In this document: positions 8,543 through 18,971 of the stretch, one piece after another
Layout of the letters: each line of letters starts with the position of its first letter
How positions within the stretch are numbered: the first letter of the stretch is position 1
Source of the DNA: a virus
Length of the DNA: 64,000 nt
Virus record (IMG/VR): IMGVR_UViG_3300036715_001865
Span: 96,001 to 160,000 of that record
Strand: one strand, 5' to 3'
The notes under the pieces: generated by a model
The model's input: the letters and a program-made list of their open reading frames with translations, nothing else
What the model was told of the DNA's origin: nothing
Databases searched by the model: none
Position numbers and translations under genes: made by a program

Positions 8543-11263
8543 TTAAAACTCCCATTCTTCTTCAAAAACTAAGCTGTCCTTCGATGGAGGACGTTTATCC
8601 ACAGCTTTTAATATGTTTTGCAGTGGATTATCAACCAATTTTTCGACGTGCAATTTTCTATCAATTACAAAATTATCAGTAAACCAATCAGGAACAAATT
8701 CAGCATCAGTTGGTAACGCAATACTTTTAAATCTGCCACAAGGTACTTTCAAATTAAATACTTTGATCTTCATACCGGACATAATCGGAAAACTAACTTT
8801 ATCTCCATATTCAACCAGCATTTGATTATAATGAATTGCTGCGGCAACGTGTCCTGGTAATCTAGTTCTGTAATCTAGTTCAAACTTTTCCGTGTACTCA
8901 ACCACTCCTTTTATGCCTTTTGGTAGACCAATATCCATAATATCAGGTCTGGTTAATAAATCTTGTTTATAGTCAACGATAGAATATGAAATGTCGCTCC
9001 ACTCTTCCCCTTTTAGATATCGTTCAATAAACCTGTTCAACCGTTTAGATACTGCGACGGGCAAAGTTGTTTTCTTGGTATCTAGCCCCATAACCTTACA
9101 TTTGTCGACAGTTTTACCTTCCACGTCCACTAAATGTAATATGTACCGTTTTTTCTCAACAAATATACCTCTATCTGCAACAACTTCTCTACCACATTTC
9201 ACCAATGAGTCAAATTCTGGTTGACACAAAAATGATTTCTGCATAAATTCTTGATAAGAATTATTAACAACGTCAGCTACATAATCAGATGTTGCAATTG
9301 CCTCTGCAACATTGGTGGCATATGTTTTAAAATACGTACTATCAGTATCACCAGATACGATACAATCAGATTGAAACTTTCCGTTAAAAATAGGTCCATC
9401 TAAGGCTGCATCGGGGGAGTGACCTTTCTCTATAGCTACCTTAGTGGTAGCATACATCGGAATTTCAATATCATACTTTCCTTCAAATATTTGATTAACA
9501 GTGCGACATTGGTGTTTTAAAATCATTCGTGAAGTACCTGTGGTGCTTTCACCCATTCTAACATCAAAAAACCTAAAGTGTAAGTTTGCCAACGCTCCAT
9601 ATAGTGAGTTTAACTTGATTTTATATACATATTGCAACCTGTCATAATATGCTACCTTTTCCTCATCGTGAGCTATCTCAGCTTCTTTTTTCAGTTTTTG
9701 GTAGTATTTTCTTTGTGTAAACCAAGTGGTCAACACTGTTGGTATAATTCCAGGAGCATCTTGGTTAAATGCTGTTCCATAACCCGAAATAGCCCACTTC
9801 ATTGCTATAAAATATTCTTTCCACTCTGCTGCAGTTGCTGTTACTGATTCCTGTGTTTTTTCATACACAAAAGTCAATTCAACATCACTTCCTAATTTTA
9901 TTTCAGTATAAGCATCAACAGTTTCAATAAATTGTCCCATTAACTTCTCAGGAGATATATTGATACTTCTAATAGCTGTTGGATATAATGAATTTATATC
10001 AATAGAACCAATCATTTCATGCATGCCTATTTGAGGCAATAGAACTAACGCACCCTCAATTTGTCTATCAATTAAGGGCGTTTTTATGTTGTTTACAACT
10101 CGTTTAATAACATGATGACAATGATTAACAATAGCTAATTCAGCTAATTTCAATGTGCCACTAACATGTTGGAACAATCCACACGATAGGTGATACATTT
10201 GGTTTGCTAATTCAACATATGCCAACTTTTGTTCAAACCCGTGTAATATTTCACTATCTCGAATGTTGTATCGTACAAAAAAAGCAAAATCATTAATATA
10301 CAAAGAGTGCAATGACCCTTCATAGTGAAGTTTAGGCAACAAAGGAACATCATTCTCATCAACTAATACGTCTTCTGAGATTGTTTCTAATTTGTATGAT
10401 GGCTTCTCACTCATTTCATACTTTTTATATAAAAGCATATAATCAGCCAACATTCTACCACTTAACTCTAATTTAATAAAAGTTTGTAGTACAGCGTTTG
10501 GATCTTTTGATTTAAATTTATTGAAATTATCCTCAACTTCTACAAATGTTGTGTCACCACCATCATAAAACGATAAATCTCGCAATCTTGAAACGCCTAA
10601 TACAATTTCGATACGTTTGCCAATAAACGGAAAGTCAAACCGTTCTGAGTTCCAACCACACAATAAATCACTATCCTGTATCTCTGCTATGAACCATTCC
10701 AGTAGTTCTCGTTCATCTTTACAAATGTGGAATACTGTCTCATAAGACTTATCTAAGGGTACAATATCCTCACACGCCTGTCTTAACATCTCTTCAGTCC
10801 AATTAACTCCATCGTTTGGAGGTACAGCCAAAGCAATCATAGTTTGAGTATGTTCGTGGAATATTGACATAGCATTGATTGGAGCATATGGATTTTTTGG
10901 TCCACTAAATCCCTGATCAAGGTTGTAATCTACCTCGATATCAAGAAAAGATACGTGAAGTTTTGGTGCAGGTATTTTATGATAAGTGTTCGATAACACT
11001 CTAATTTCTGTAGGAATATCACTTTCCCACATTTGTACGCCATGAGAGGCGAATTGTTTGCGTTTCTTGTAAAATAAACTTCTATCCCGTCCACAGTCCA
11101 CTTTTGCAACTGAGGTATCGTATATAGTTTTATGTTTTCCATTTGGATCATCAACATAGAAATAATAAGGAGCATTATAATCAACAGTGGTTCTTTCGCC
11201 ATCTGCTCCACGCTCCCACACTCTAACTACATCATCTAAAGTAATTGCTGAAAGGTAACTCAT
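8543..11263 (-). CDS. polB: family B DNA polymerase with 3'-5' exonuclease
   Basis: FLDIEVD, GWNSERFD, DINSLYP, KIKLNSLYG, GDTDS. Confidence 0.97.
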   Translation of the reverse strand: MSYLSAITLDDVVRVWERGADGERTTVDYNAPYYFYVDDPNGKHKTIYDTSVAKVDCGRDRSLFYKKRKQFASHGVQMWESDIPTEIRVLSNTYHKIPAPKLHVSFLDIEVDYNLDQGFSGPKNPYAPINAMSIFHEHTQTMIALAVPPNDGVNWTEEMLRQACEDIVPLDKSYETVFHICKDERELLEWFIAEIQDSDLLCGWNSERFDFPFIGKRIEIVLGVSRLRDLSFYDGGDTTFVEVEDNFNKFKSKDPNAVLQTFIKLELSGRMLADYMLLYKKYEMSEKPSYKLETISEDVLVDENDVPLLPKLHYEGSLHSLYINDFAFFVRYNIRDSEILHGFEQKLAYVELANQMYHLSCGLFQHVSGTLKLAELAIVNHCHHVIKRVVNNIKTPLIDRQIEGALVLLPQIGMHEMIGSIDINSLYPTAIRSINISPEKLMGQFIETVDAYTEIKLGSDVELTFVYEKTQESVTATAAEWKEYFIAMKWAISGYGTAFNQDAPGIIPTVLTTWFTQRKYYQKLKKEAEIAHDEEKVAYYDRLQYVYKIKLNSLYGALANLHFRFFDVRMGESTTGTSRMILKHQCRTVNQIFEGKYDIEIPMYATTKVAIEKGHSPDAALDGPIFNGKFQSDCIVSGDTDSTYFKTYATNVAEAIATSDYVADVVNNSYQEFMQKSFLCQPEFDSLVKCGREVVADRGIFVEKKRYILHLVDVEGKTVDKCKVMGLDTKKTTLPVAVSKRLNRFIERYLKGEEWSDISYSIVDYKQDLLTRPDIMDIGLPKGIKGVVEYTEKFELDYRTRLPGHVAAAIHYNQMLVEYGDKVSFPIMSGMKIKVFNLKVPCGRFKSIALPTDAEFVPDWFTDNFVIDRKLHVEKLVDNPLQNILKAVDKRPPSKDSLVFEEEWEF

Positions 11264-11285
11264 GCATCCATCCTTGAATGTAAAT

Positions 11286-11308
11286 AAAAAGGGGCTTACG
11301 CCCCCTTT
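11286..11308 (-). terminator. intrinsic terminator
   Basis: GGGGC-GTAA-GCCCC followed by TTTTT on the minus strand. Confidence 0.75.
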
Positions 11309-11318
11309 CTTTGTGTTT

Positions 11319-11633
11319 TTAATCTTCGTCTTCTAGGGGGTCAGTAACAGTTAATCTCCCACCTGAGAGTGCTTCATACATCAATTCAAAATGTTCTTGT
11401 TCTTCTTGTAAGTCTGCATAATTGCCCTTAAACATAGAGTTGGCAATTTTTCTAACAATTTTCTTATCCACACTAAAAACTGTTGCAGCTTCAGCAATTG
11501 TTTCACTGATTGCTTCTCTACTATCTTCCATTTGTTGCAAATAATGAGTAACAGTTACTATCATTTGCTTGAATTTCTTCAGTTCATCTGGATTGGTAAG
11601 AACGTTTACTGCTTCCTTTTGTTTTTTCGCCAT
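11319..11633 (-). CDS. T4 DsbA-like double-stranded DNA-binding protein
   Basis: Helical pattern ..VDKKIVRKIANSMFKGNY..QEEQEHFELMYEAL; start at 11633 behind GGAG, with a TTGATT-N17-TATAAT promoter upstream. Confidence 0.65.
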   Translation of the reverse strand: MAKKQKEAVNVLTNPDELKKFKQMIVTVTHYLQQMEDSREAISETIAEAATVFSVDKKIVRKIANSMFKGNYADLQEEQEHFELMYEALSGGRLTVTDPLEDED

Positions 11634-11751
11634 TGTAAATCTCCTTTTTGATGGTTTGTATTGTAAACATATATTATACGAGGAATATAGTTTAAAATCA
11701 ACACAATGTTTGTAGATAGGATATCCCACCATTTATAGGTGGGACATACAT

Positions 11752-12279
11752 TTATAACACTTCAATATGGACCATTGATGCTCCATTTTTACCGGGTGAT
11801 AATTTGATATATTCAGCAGCTCCTTGTGACAAATCCAACACTCTATTGGCAATATATGGACCTCGATCGGTAATTGTAACTATCACAGATTTTTTATTCT
11901 GTAAATTTGTTACTCTTACTCGAGCAAATAGTGGTAAAGATTTGTGTGCAGCAGTTAATGCATACATATCAAAAATTTGTCCACTGGCTGTGCGCTTACC
12001 ATGATGTTTTGCACCATAAAATGATGCTAACCCCGTGGTTGAATACCCTTTAAATTTAGCAATCCTTGCTTCAATTGCTTTTTTTCTAGCAGCAACTTTT
12101 TTGGCCTTATTGGCCTTTTTGTCTGTGCTATTATTTGAATGTACTGATACATTCCCCTTATTGTGCGGTTTCTCTTTGGCCTGAGCCATACCACAACCTA
12201 ACAACACCGCTAACATCGTTACAGCAGTGAACTGAGTTAAATGATTTTGTTTTATCATACTCATTTTCTCCTTGTTCAA
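11752..12279 (-). CDS. rlpA: RlpA-family septal ring lytic transglycosylase (DPBB fold) with N-terminal signal
   Basis: GLASFYG, HGKRTASG..FDMYALTAAHKSLP, VTITDRGPY..RVLDLS. Confidence 0.9.
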   Translation of the reverse strand: MNKEKMSMIKQNHLTQFTAVTMLAVLLGCGMAQAKEKPHNKGNVSVHSNNSTDKKANKAKKVAARKKAIEARIAKFKGYSTTGLASFYGAKHHGKRTASGQIFDMYALTAAHKSLPLFARVRVTNLQNKKSVIVTITDRGPYIANRVLDLSQGAAEYIKLSPGKNGASMVHIEVL

Positions 12280-12572
12280 TGATTTGAACGTTTTATTACT
12301 TACTCATTGATCTATAAAGAACATAGTTAATATTCTCGAAATCAGTATTAAACACAGGATAGACACATCATTATGTCACAACTTGTGTATATACATAATG
12401 GTTACAACTATAAGCTGTATAACAATGATACCATTAAGTATACTTTAATAATGCACACCAATTTAATATGGTGTTGTTTTTTCATAATTAGGTTCTCCAT
12501 AAAAAATGCTCATTAATATATTATTAACGTAAGAAGTATATTATCATCATTTTCAATAATAAAGTCAACATA

Positions 12573-13181
12573 CTAAAACCAACTGAGATAATTCCCAGGA
12601 AATTTACTTGGATCGTATAGATACATAGATTGAGCAGATATGTGTATTCTAGCTTGTACTAAACTGCCAGCATTAACATTTGCTGTCACGTTTATAAAAT
12701 GAGGATCACTTGGGTATACAATTAATGTTCCACGTTGTGGATTAAACCCAAAATGATGTTGTGGAAATTCTAACTTCCCACCATATACCTCATATTCAGG
12801 ATCGAACTCCTGTTCATCTTGATAATCATTTAAAAATAAAATAGCAGATAAGTCTCTTGATCTGGTTCTTAACCATTTCCCTCTAACAAATACACTATTT
12901 TCAACTCCCATAGTTCCCTTACAACCTTCTGTATACCACTCAAATAATATAGGTTCTGTTCCTTTATAATGAATATCATAGTGAGCTTGTATCGAATGCA
13001 TATGTAATTGCAGCTGTTCGTATATGATTTCTTCTGCTCTGTCATTAGATGTGATAGTTACCACATTTTTACCAGATGCGTCCACATTTGGTACTGTGAA
13101 ATTGCACATTTCCAACAATTCTTCACACAATAATGGGGATACAAAATCTTCAATAACATAAAAAGGTGAGGTTTTTTTCAT
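12573..13181 (-). CDS. 2OG-Fe(II) oxygenase-fold protein, iron ligands apparently missing
   Basis: LSAILFLND...GGKLEFP...PQRGTLIVYPS; no HxD or distal His at the expected positions. Confidence 0.7.
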   Translation of the reverse strand: MKKTSPFYVIEDFVSPLLCEELLEMCNFTVPNVDASGKNVVTITSNDRAEEIIYEQLQLHMHSIQAHYDIHYKGTEPILFEWYTEGCKGTMGVENSVFVRGKWLRTRSRDLSAILFLNDYQDEQEFDPEYEVYGGKLEFPQHHFGFNPQRGTLIVYPSDPHFINVTANVNAGSLVQARIHISAQSMYLYDPSKFPGNYLSWF

Positions 13182-13184
13182 ATT

Positions 13185-13757
13185 TTACTCCGTAATACTA
13201 ATTTTATCAAAATGGGTTAATAACTCTTGGAGAGTAATATTATGGCGAACCAGAATTTTCACAGCTTCTTGTACCACTGCACTTCTGTCCACAATTGGTT
13301 CTTGGGAAGGTTGTTCTGTATGTTCTGACTCATCAGCATCTTTATTAACATCAATAACAAAATTTCCTACCTTTAATGCATTTTGGCCGATAAGCACTTG
13401 ACTGTCCATTTTGCTTCTATCATTCAGATTAAAGGATACAGCCTCCATCGGTTGTCCATTAATTTCAATATCTAATTTAATCATTGGACGAGTATTTCCA
13501 CCTGCATCTGCTGACACAATTGTAGTGCTACCATCTAGTTCAGTGGTAATAACACCATCCGAAATAGCTGGACAACGAAATGAAATACTATTATTTGATT
13601 GATTTGGTTGTAAGTCAGTAGCATGCAAGGAGCATATTGTTGCTCCTGTGTCTACTTTACCTTCCACACTTTTATTGAAAGTTGTAAAATTTACTACAAC
13701 TTCATTACCTATAACATTAGGTGTTTGATTTTCTTGGTTCATATTATTTGTCCTCAA
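13185..13757 (-). CDS. retropepsin-like protease (RimK-associated 'Zn protease' family)
   Basis: KVDTGATICSLHA, FNLNDRSKM...VLIGQN. Confidence 0.8.
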   Translation of the reverse strand: MRTNNMNQENQTPNVIGNEVVVNFTTFNKSVEGKVDTGATICSLHATDLQPNQSNNSISFRCPAISDGVITTELDGSTTIVSADAGGNTRPMIKLDIEINGQPMEAVSFNLNDRSKMDSQVLIGQNALKVGNFVIDVNKDADESEHTEQPSQEPIVDRSAVVQEAVKILVRHNITLQELLTHFDKISITE

Positions 13758-13800
13758 TAAGCACTATTATTTATAACAATGTAAAAAGGACAATTTACTA

Positions 13801-14103
13801 TTATACGCCAGGAGTAGAATTGCCAGTACTTCCAGGGGTCGTTACGCCTGGTTGAACTTGTGGGTTTTGTTGATTTTGTTGGTTTTGTTGTTTATTAGCA
13901 ACAGTATCATCGGCTTGTTTTCTCTTTAACAACGGTGCCAATCTTTTTTGTAGTTGTTGCTTTTGTGCAATTAATGGTTGGGTTCGTTGATTAATTTGAA
14001 TTTCTAAGTTAGCCAAAGCTGTTTGCATATCAGTAATCATCTTATCTGTATTTGCATCCTCTGCTAATATATCCACAAACACCTTGAACGTAAATTGTTT
14101 CAT
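13801..14103 (-). CDS. Gln-rich coiled-coil protein, probably late/virion
   Basis: AGGA RBS; CATAAATA at 14133-14140 upstream. Confidence 0.6.
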   Translation of the reverse strand: MKQFTFKVFVDILAEDANTDKMITDMQTALANLEIQINQRTQPLIAQKQQLQKRLAPLLKRKQADDTVANKQQNQQNQQNPQVQPGVTTPGSTGNSTPGV

Positions 14104-14171
14104 AGTTTATTGTCCTATAATCATTGGTATAGTATTTATGAGTTGGTTAGTTGACCAACTCATATCTTACG

Positions 14172-15317
14172 TTATTTGGAGCGAGACATAATAAATTTTG
14201 CAATATCTGATGGGGCCACTCGTCCTCTCAATGGCTGCTGTTTCTTAGTTGGTGCTGGTGAAGCATAAGTACGCTCCTCCTCTTCATGTGAGGTCCCACC
14301 TTTATTGTTATATTGATTGTCGTACTCAGCAGGACTAAAATCATATTGTGGTTCTTGAGCTGGACGTTCATTTTCTTTTCCACTTTCCATATCATGTCCC
14401 CACTTAGCTAATTGAGCCAACCGCTTAGCTTCTTTTTCTTTAATTGTCTGAGCTTTTTGTTGTTCTTCCATATCCAAAAACTGCTCTTCTTGTCTCACTC
14501 TTGCCATTGCTTGATTTTTTGCTTCAGATGCTTGTTTAGTATTTGCTTCAGCTTCTCTTGCCTGTGCTTCAGCCTTGCGGGCCTGGGCATCTGCTCTCAT
14601 CATATCAATAACTTGGGTTAAAAGAGTAGTAACTTGGCCCGTATCCTCAGCTGGAGGTAGTGGATCTTCTGGTGGTAAATCACCTTCTGGAGGTAAATCA
14701 CCTTCTGGGGCAGCTTCGTCACCTTCTGGTGGGACTCCACCCGCAAGTTCTTGCCCCTCCTCATCATCTTCTTCAAGAGCTGGCCAATCCACATCCACAA
14801 TAGTATATCTGTCTTTCAACTTAAACAACACTTCTGCTATTTCAGGACCTACATCATGTGTATCCTTATCACCTAATAGATGTTGGATATCTTGTTCAAA
14901 CCCTTGGGATTGGTCTGTTGGAATTGTTACTTTTACAATTCCACCATTAGCATCGACAAGTCCGAAGGTGGTGGTATCTCGATGATCAACACTTTCTTTA
15001 TCTTCAAGAGATTTTAATTTTGCAATGGCCCCAGTAGTATCAAACGTTGTGGTGGCTCCAGGAATAGCCAAATCCTCAAACATAGCACTAAAGGCTTCTT
15101 TGAGGCCAATTGTTTTCTTTTTCTTTTGAAACTTGCTTGCTTGTTTAGCCGTGTATTTTATAACTTGGGGCTTTGCAGATGCAGAAATTGTTCGTTTGAT
15201 GGCAGATGCAAATAATGGCATACTGCAAGATGCTACACATCCTGCACCTACAGCCCCACCAGCATCATCTTCTGAAAGAAGGTTTCTTAATTTGATTTGT
15301 TCTATGTGTTTGTTCAT
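14172..15317 (-). CDS. acidic coiled-coil protein, possible head scaffold/internal protein
   Basis: EGDLPP repeats, long charged helix; TATAAATA at 15352-15359 upstream. Confidence 0.5.
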   Translation of the reverse strand: MNKHIEQIKLRNLLSEDDAGGAVGAGCVASCSMPLFASAIKRTISASAKPQVIKYTAKQASKFQKKKKTIGLKEAFSAMFEDLAIPGATTTFDTTGAIAKLKSLEDKESVDHRDTTTFGLVDANGGIVKVTIPTDQSQGFEQDIQHLLGDKDTHDVGPEIAEVLFKLKDRYTIVDVDWPALEEDDEEGQELAGGVPPEGDEAAPEGDLPPEGDLPPEDPLPPAEDTGQVTTLLTQVIDMMRADAQARKAEAQAREAEANTKQASEAKNQAMARVRQEEQFLDMEEQQKAQTIKEKEAKRLAQLAKWGHDMESGKENERPAQEPQYDFSPAEYDNQYNNKGGTSHEEEERTYASPAPTKKQQPLRGRVAPSDIAKFIMSRSK

Positions 15318-15390
15318 ATTGTTAACCTATTGAAAACTTATTTGATAAGTGTATTTATAGGTTAACAACTAAACCAGTATTGATTATTTT

Positions 15391-15636
15391 TTACTCAACA
15401 GTTGTTGGTTCTTCTGTTAGTAGTGGAGCTACACTTGTTTGAATGTCTTGTAATAATTTATTTTGAAAATCAGCCAATGCTGCCCTTGCTTTCATAAGTG
15501 CAGCATAGGCTTCCACTTCATCTTGACGAGCACTGTCAATCAACTGAACGATATATTGTGATTCAGGTGATAAACTAGAAACTTCATAGTTGGTATCTTC
15601 AATTGTGATAGATGTGGTTTGTGTAACAGGTAACAT
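15391..15636 (-). CDS. small coiled-coil hypothetical protein
   Basis: AGGAG RBS; clean ORF. Confidence 0.65.
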   Translation of the reverse strand: MLPVTQTTSITIEDTNYEVSSLSPESQYIVQLIDSARQDEVEAYAALMKARAALADFQNKLLQDIQTSVAPLLTEEPTTVE

Positions 15637-15683
15637 AATATCTCCTTATATTTTAATTTATTTATCGTTAGTGTTTTTGGGTA

Positions 15684-16976
15684 CTAAATTAAGTCTGCCA
15701 ATGACTTTCGTTTGCCTGGTACTAATACAGGCACAGATTCCACCAACTTTTGTGTTTTGCTAGCTGGTTGGTTTAAAATCCGCAAGTTTTTATTGTCCCA
15801 CACAAGATCGACAGTTTGCCCTACAGCATCACTACTACGGGACTTCGTAAAAATCCACATCATGTCACCAGCAGCCTTCATCGGAGGAGTCATAACAATA
15901 TAAATCATCCAATCTACTGTATTTACTTTTGTTAATCCACCAGCAATATGACTATGATTTAAACTTTCCGCCTCCACTGCTTGTCTATTTAACTGAGATG
16001 CTGTTGCTCCCATCATATTATAATCCAATAATATGTCCCGCAATTGTTCTGTGGAGCGTTTATCTTTTTCTGACACGTTGTCTGCTGATACTTTCTCATT
16101 AGGTGACATAAGATCTAAATAATCAACGATCAATAATGTTGGTAGACTTTTATTTTTAAGCTCATATTCTTTTAAATATGCACGAATTGCGTTAGCATTC
16201 GTACCAATAGGCATACGCTTGATTGTTATCTTACCATTTGTTCCTTTGAGTTTGACTACTCCATCAACAATTTTAGGAATATGATGATCCCAATTTACCG
16301 AAGACACTCCAGTAAACATAGTATCAAACCGTTGAGATACCAACTGTTCTGACATTTCTAAAGTTAGATACAGTACCTCGATTCCTTGGTTAGACATATT
16401 CACTGCTAAATTAGCTAATGATATAGATTTACCACCGCCTGAATTAGCTGCTAATAATAACATTTCAGTTAAGGCTAATCCACCACCCATTGCATCATCA
16501 ACTTCTGTCCACCCAGTTGATATTCTAGGTGGGGTTTTGGCGAATTCTGTAAGTCGAGCTTCTGGATCAGCAAAATAGTCAACGCCTAAATCAGCATCTA
16601 ATGATACTTGAACTGCATTTTTAATTAATTGTTCAATTTGGTCTTGTTTATCAGTACCAATGAGTGCTGCTGATTCAATTACTGCCAACTCAAGAGCTTT
16701 TACCTTACAGAATTGTTCGATTTCATCTGAACAATACGATATTTGGTCTCGAGTAATTATAGGAGCGTCTAACTGTATCCCCGTTTCAGCAAAAATCTGA
16801 TTTGTATTTGGTGTATTATTATACTTGGTATAGTAATCCTGTAGAAAGGCAACTACCTTTCTATATTCAGGATTAAAATAAGTTGATTGTATTATTGATC
16901 TACATACTGCAAAGGTATCTGCAGAAGATACCAAATACTCCAATAGTAGTTTTTGTTTATTCCCTGTTATAATCAC
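15684..16976 (-). CDS. DnaB/gp41-like replicative helicase
   Basis: Walker A ANSGGGKS, LTLEMS, IVDYLDL, TASQLNR. Confidence 0.93.
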   Translation of the reverse strand: MIITGNKQKLLLEYLVSSADTFAVCRSIIQSTYFNPEYRKVVAFLQDYYTKYNNTPNTNQIFAETGIQLDAPIITRDQISYCSDEIEQFCKVKALELAVIESAALIGTDKQDQIEQLIKNAVQVSLDADLGVDYFADPEARLTEFAKTPPRISTGWTEVDDAMGGGLALTEMLLLAANSGGGKSISLANLAVNMSNQGIEVLYLTLEMSEQLVSQRFDTMFTGVSSVNWDHHIPKIVDGVVKLKGTNGKITIKRMPIGTNANAIRAYLKEYELKNKSLPTLLIVDYLDLMSPNEKVSADNVSEKDKRSTEQLRDILLDYNMMGATASQLNRQAVEAESLNHSHIAGGLTKVNTVDWMIYIVMTPPMKAAGDMMWIFTKSRSSDAVGQTVDLVWDNKNLRILNQPASKTQKLVESVPVLVPGKRKSLADLI

Positions 16977-17023
16977 ACTATATCTCCATTAGTATAAAGT
17001 TATTATACTATGATTTATATGAT

Positions 17024-18028
17024 TTATACAACAAGAATTTGAGGGTGTGTGGTTTTAATAGAAGTATCTCTTACGTATACTTTCCCGTAATTATACATAA
17101 TTCCATTTGAAGTTGCGCTTTCACTACTAAAGTCAACATACTTATCATATATTCTGTCAACTGCACCATATGGAGGATTTGCCCCCAAAATTAATACCGA
17201 ACCAGGGTCTATATTAATATAATTTGTATGTGTCAGATAAAAGAATCCACCAGCAGGAGGAATTTGTCCCGACAAAAATAGAGCTGTTACTTTGGGATTG
17301 TTGACGATGTCAATGCTCCGAACGTGGTAATTTTTGCCATTCAAAAACACTTGACCAACACCAGCCCAAGGTGAAGTAGCTGTTGGAACAATTGTGATTC
17401 CTTCGTATAGTACAGTTATTGGCGATCCATTTGGAACAATAAAAGTTATTGATATATTGACAACAGGTGCATCTGATAATGTGCAGATTGTTAACACACC
17501 GGTATTGGTTGATGCTTGAGTGGATGCAGTGGTATCAACTACAACAGGTATTGGCATTGGATTAGTTACATTTTGTGACGCCATTGCTACACACTGTGCT
17601 ATTCCTTTCTCAACCTTTGGAAATGTTAGGATGGTGGTATATGGATTTACAGTATTTCGATCAAATATCCCTGTGTATGGGACTAATTGAGACACACCAT
17701 CAATATCTCGATACACAGAGATATTTAAATTTGGTTGACATTGTAAATTGTGTGGTATTGACCACTGTAATGAATCAATATACTGAATATGGTCATATAC
17801 CAATTGGTGCACAACCCAATCTTGCAAATTAGGCACAGAGGGGGTTAATGTTGGAGTATCCATGATATCTTTAGTAAGAGTAACTCTATTCAGCCTACCA
17901 TTACAGTTGGCAGTAATAGTACAACGAGATAATACATCTATTCCTTTTCTGTTAGTCGGCACCCTACACTTGCGGTTGCACACACTACACTGATATACTG
18001 AGTCTCCTCGTACTATTACCTTAGGCAT
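17024..18028 (-). CDS. hypothetical protein with N-terminal Cys cluster, probably structural
   Basis: CSVC..C...C....C; WSIPHNL motif shared with the 2768 and 3029 proteins. Confidence 0.55.
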   Translation of the reverse strand: MPKVIVRGDSVYQCSVCNRKCRVPTNRKGIDVLSRCTITANCNGRLNRVTLTKDIMDTPTLTPSVPNLQDWVVHQLVYDHIQYIDSLQWSIPHNLQCQPNLNISVYRDIDGVSQLVPYTGIFDRNTVNPYTTILTFPKVEKGIAQCVAMASQNVTNPMPIPVVVDTTASTQASTNTGVLTICTLSDAPVVNISITFIVPNGSPITVLYEGITIVPTATSPWAGVGQVFLNGKNYHVRSIDIVNNPKVTALFLSGQIPPAGGFFYLTHTNYINIDPGSVLILGANPPYGAVDRIYDKYVDFSSESATSNGIMYNYGKVYVRDTSIKTTHPQILVV

Positions 18029-18029
18029 T

Positions 18030-18317
18030 TTAGATACCTACAATTTGTATTTTAGACGTACGTTTGTAATATGCCTTTTCGATCTCTGACGGAATGGTAA
18101 CACACTCAGAACAAATTGCATGTTTATAAAAAATGTGGTCACCTGTTGCATTACAGGCACTCATGGGAACCAAGATTAAACCATAGGTATCAGGACCTGT
18201 TTGTTGTGGTTGAATACCTAGTGGTTCAGATAGAACATAACTTTCCTCTGTTTCTTTTTTTAAACTGCCAATTAGTTCATATCCGTTAACCAATGTAAAT
18301 GCTTTTAATGTGCTCAT
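18030..18317 (-). CDS. small beta-barrel (Sm-like) hypothetical protein
   Basis: TLVNGYELIG pattern; AAGGA RBS. Confidence 0.55.
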   Translation of the reverse strand: MSTLKAFTLVNGYELIGSLKKETEESYVLSEPLGIQPQQTGPDTYGLILVPMSACNATGDHIFYKHAICSECVTIPSEIEKAYYKRTSKIQIVGI

Positions 18318-18347
18318 GTGTTTCCTTGTTAGGTTGTATTATTTATG

Positions 18348-18893
18348 TTAGTGGAACAGGTGTTTGTAGTCCGGCAATACACTTGCCCGAATTACGTAGT
18401 AATAAGGTATACCATAAAAGATTATTTCAGCAGTAGAATACAATCCCCAATATAAATTGGATGTAGAGTATGTATACTTGAGTAGGTCTGTCACAATATC
18501 TATTACTTTGTTGTTATCATGGAACATTTCAAATAAGGTATCCATAACATGCTGGTAATCTTTACTTGAATTTGTAACTTCAGTACTGTACAAAAATTTA
18601 TACGAGTTAATTGGAAACACGTAAAATAAATCTAAGTCGGCAGTATACGCAGTAGGGGAGGGATAAGCAAATACTGCTCTCTGTCTTAACATTGGTACAC
18701 TAGGTTCAAATGCTTTATTAAAGTAGGAAGAAACTTCATCTACCTCCTTCTTTAATCTAACCTTAACCTTTTGCACATCCTGATAAGTTGACGGCAATGC
18801 TTTATATAATGGAATTTCACCAGACTCTTCTAAAAATATAGAACAATCTCGTTTAATTATATTGATGTGGTGTGATAGCGTTTGTTCATCCAT
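18348..18893 (-). CDS. hypothetical protein, late-promoter associated
   Basis: Clean ORF; CATAAATA at 18939-18946. Confidence 0.65.
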   Translation of the reverse strand: MDEQTLSHHINIIKRDCSIFLEESGEIPLYKALPSTYQDVQKVKVRLKKEVDEVSSYFNKAFEPSVPMLRQRAVFAYPSPTAYTADLDLFYVFPINSYKFLYSTEVTNSSKDYQHVMDTLFEMFHDNNKVIDIVTDLLKYTYSTSNLYWGLYSTAEIIFYGIPYYYVIRASVLPDYKHLFH

Positions 18894-18971
18894 ATATTAT
18901 AAAGTATCCACAGACAGTAATGTTCCCCTTTGATTGGGTATTTATGTCTGTGGATGCTTACAGAAAACTAC

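Noticed and set aside
12280-12570. Gap with an RBS-ATG at 12485 on the minus strand
   Set aside because: Only a 25-codon ORF; other frames are interrupted by stops; no RNA structure recognised
8543-16976. Inteins or introns in polB and the helicase
   Set aside because: Lengths and motif spacing are normal; no intein blocks seen
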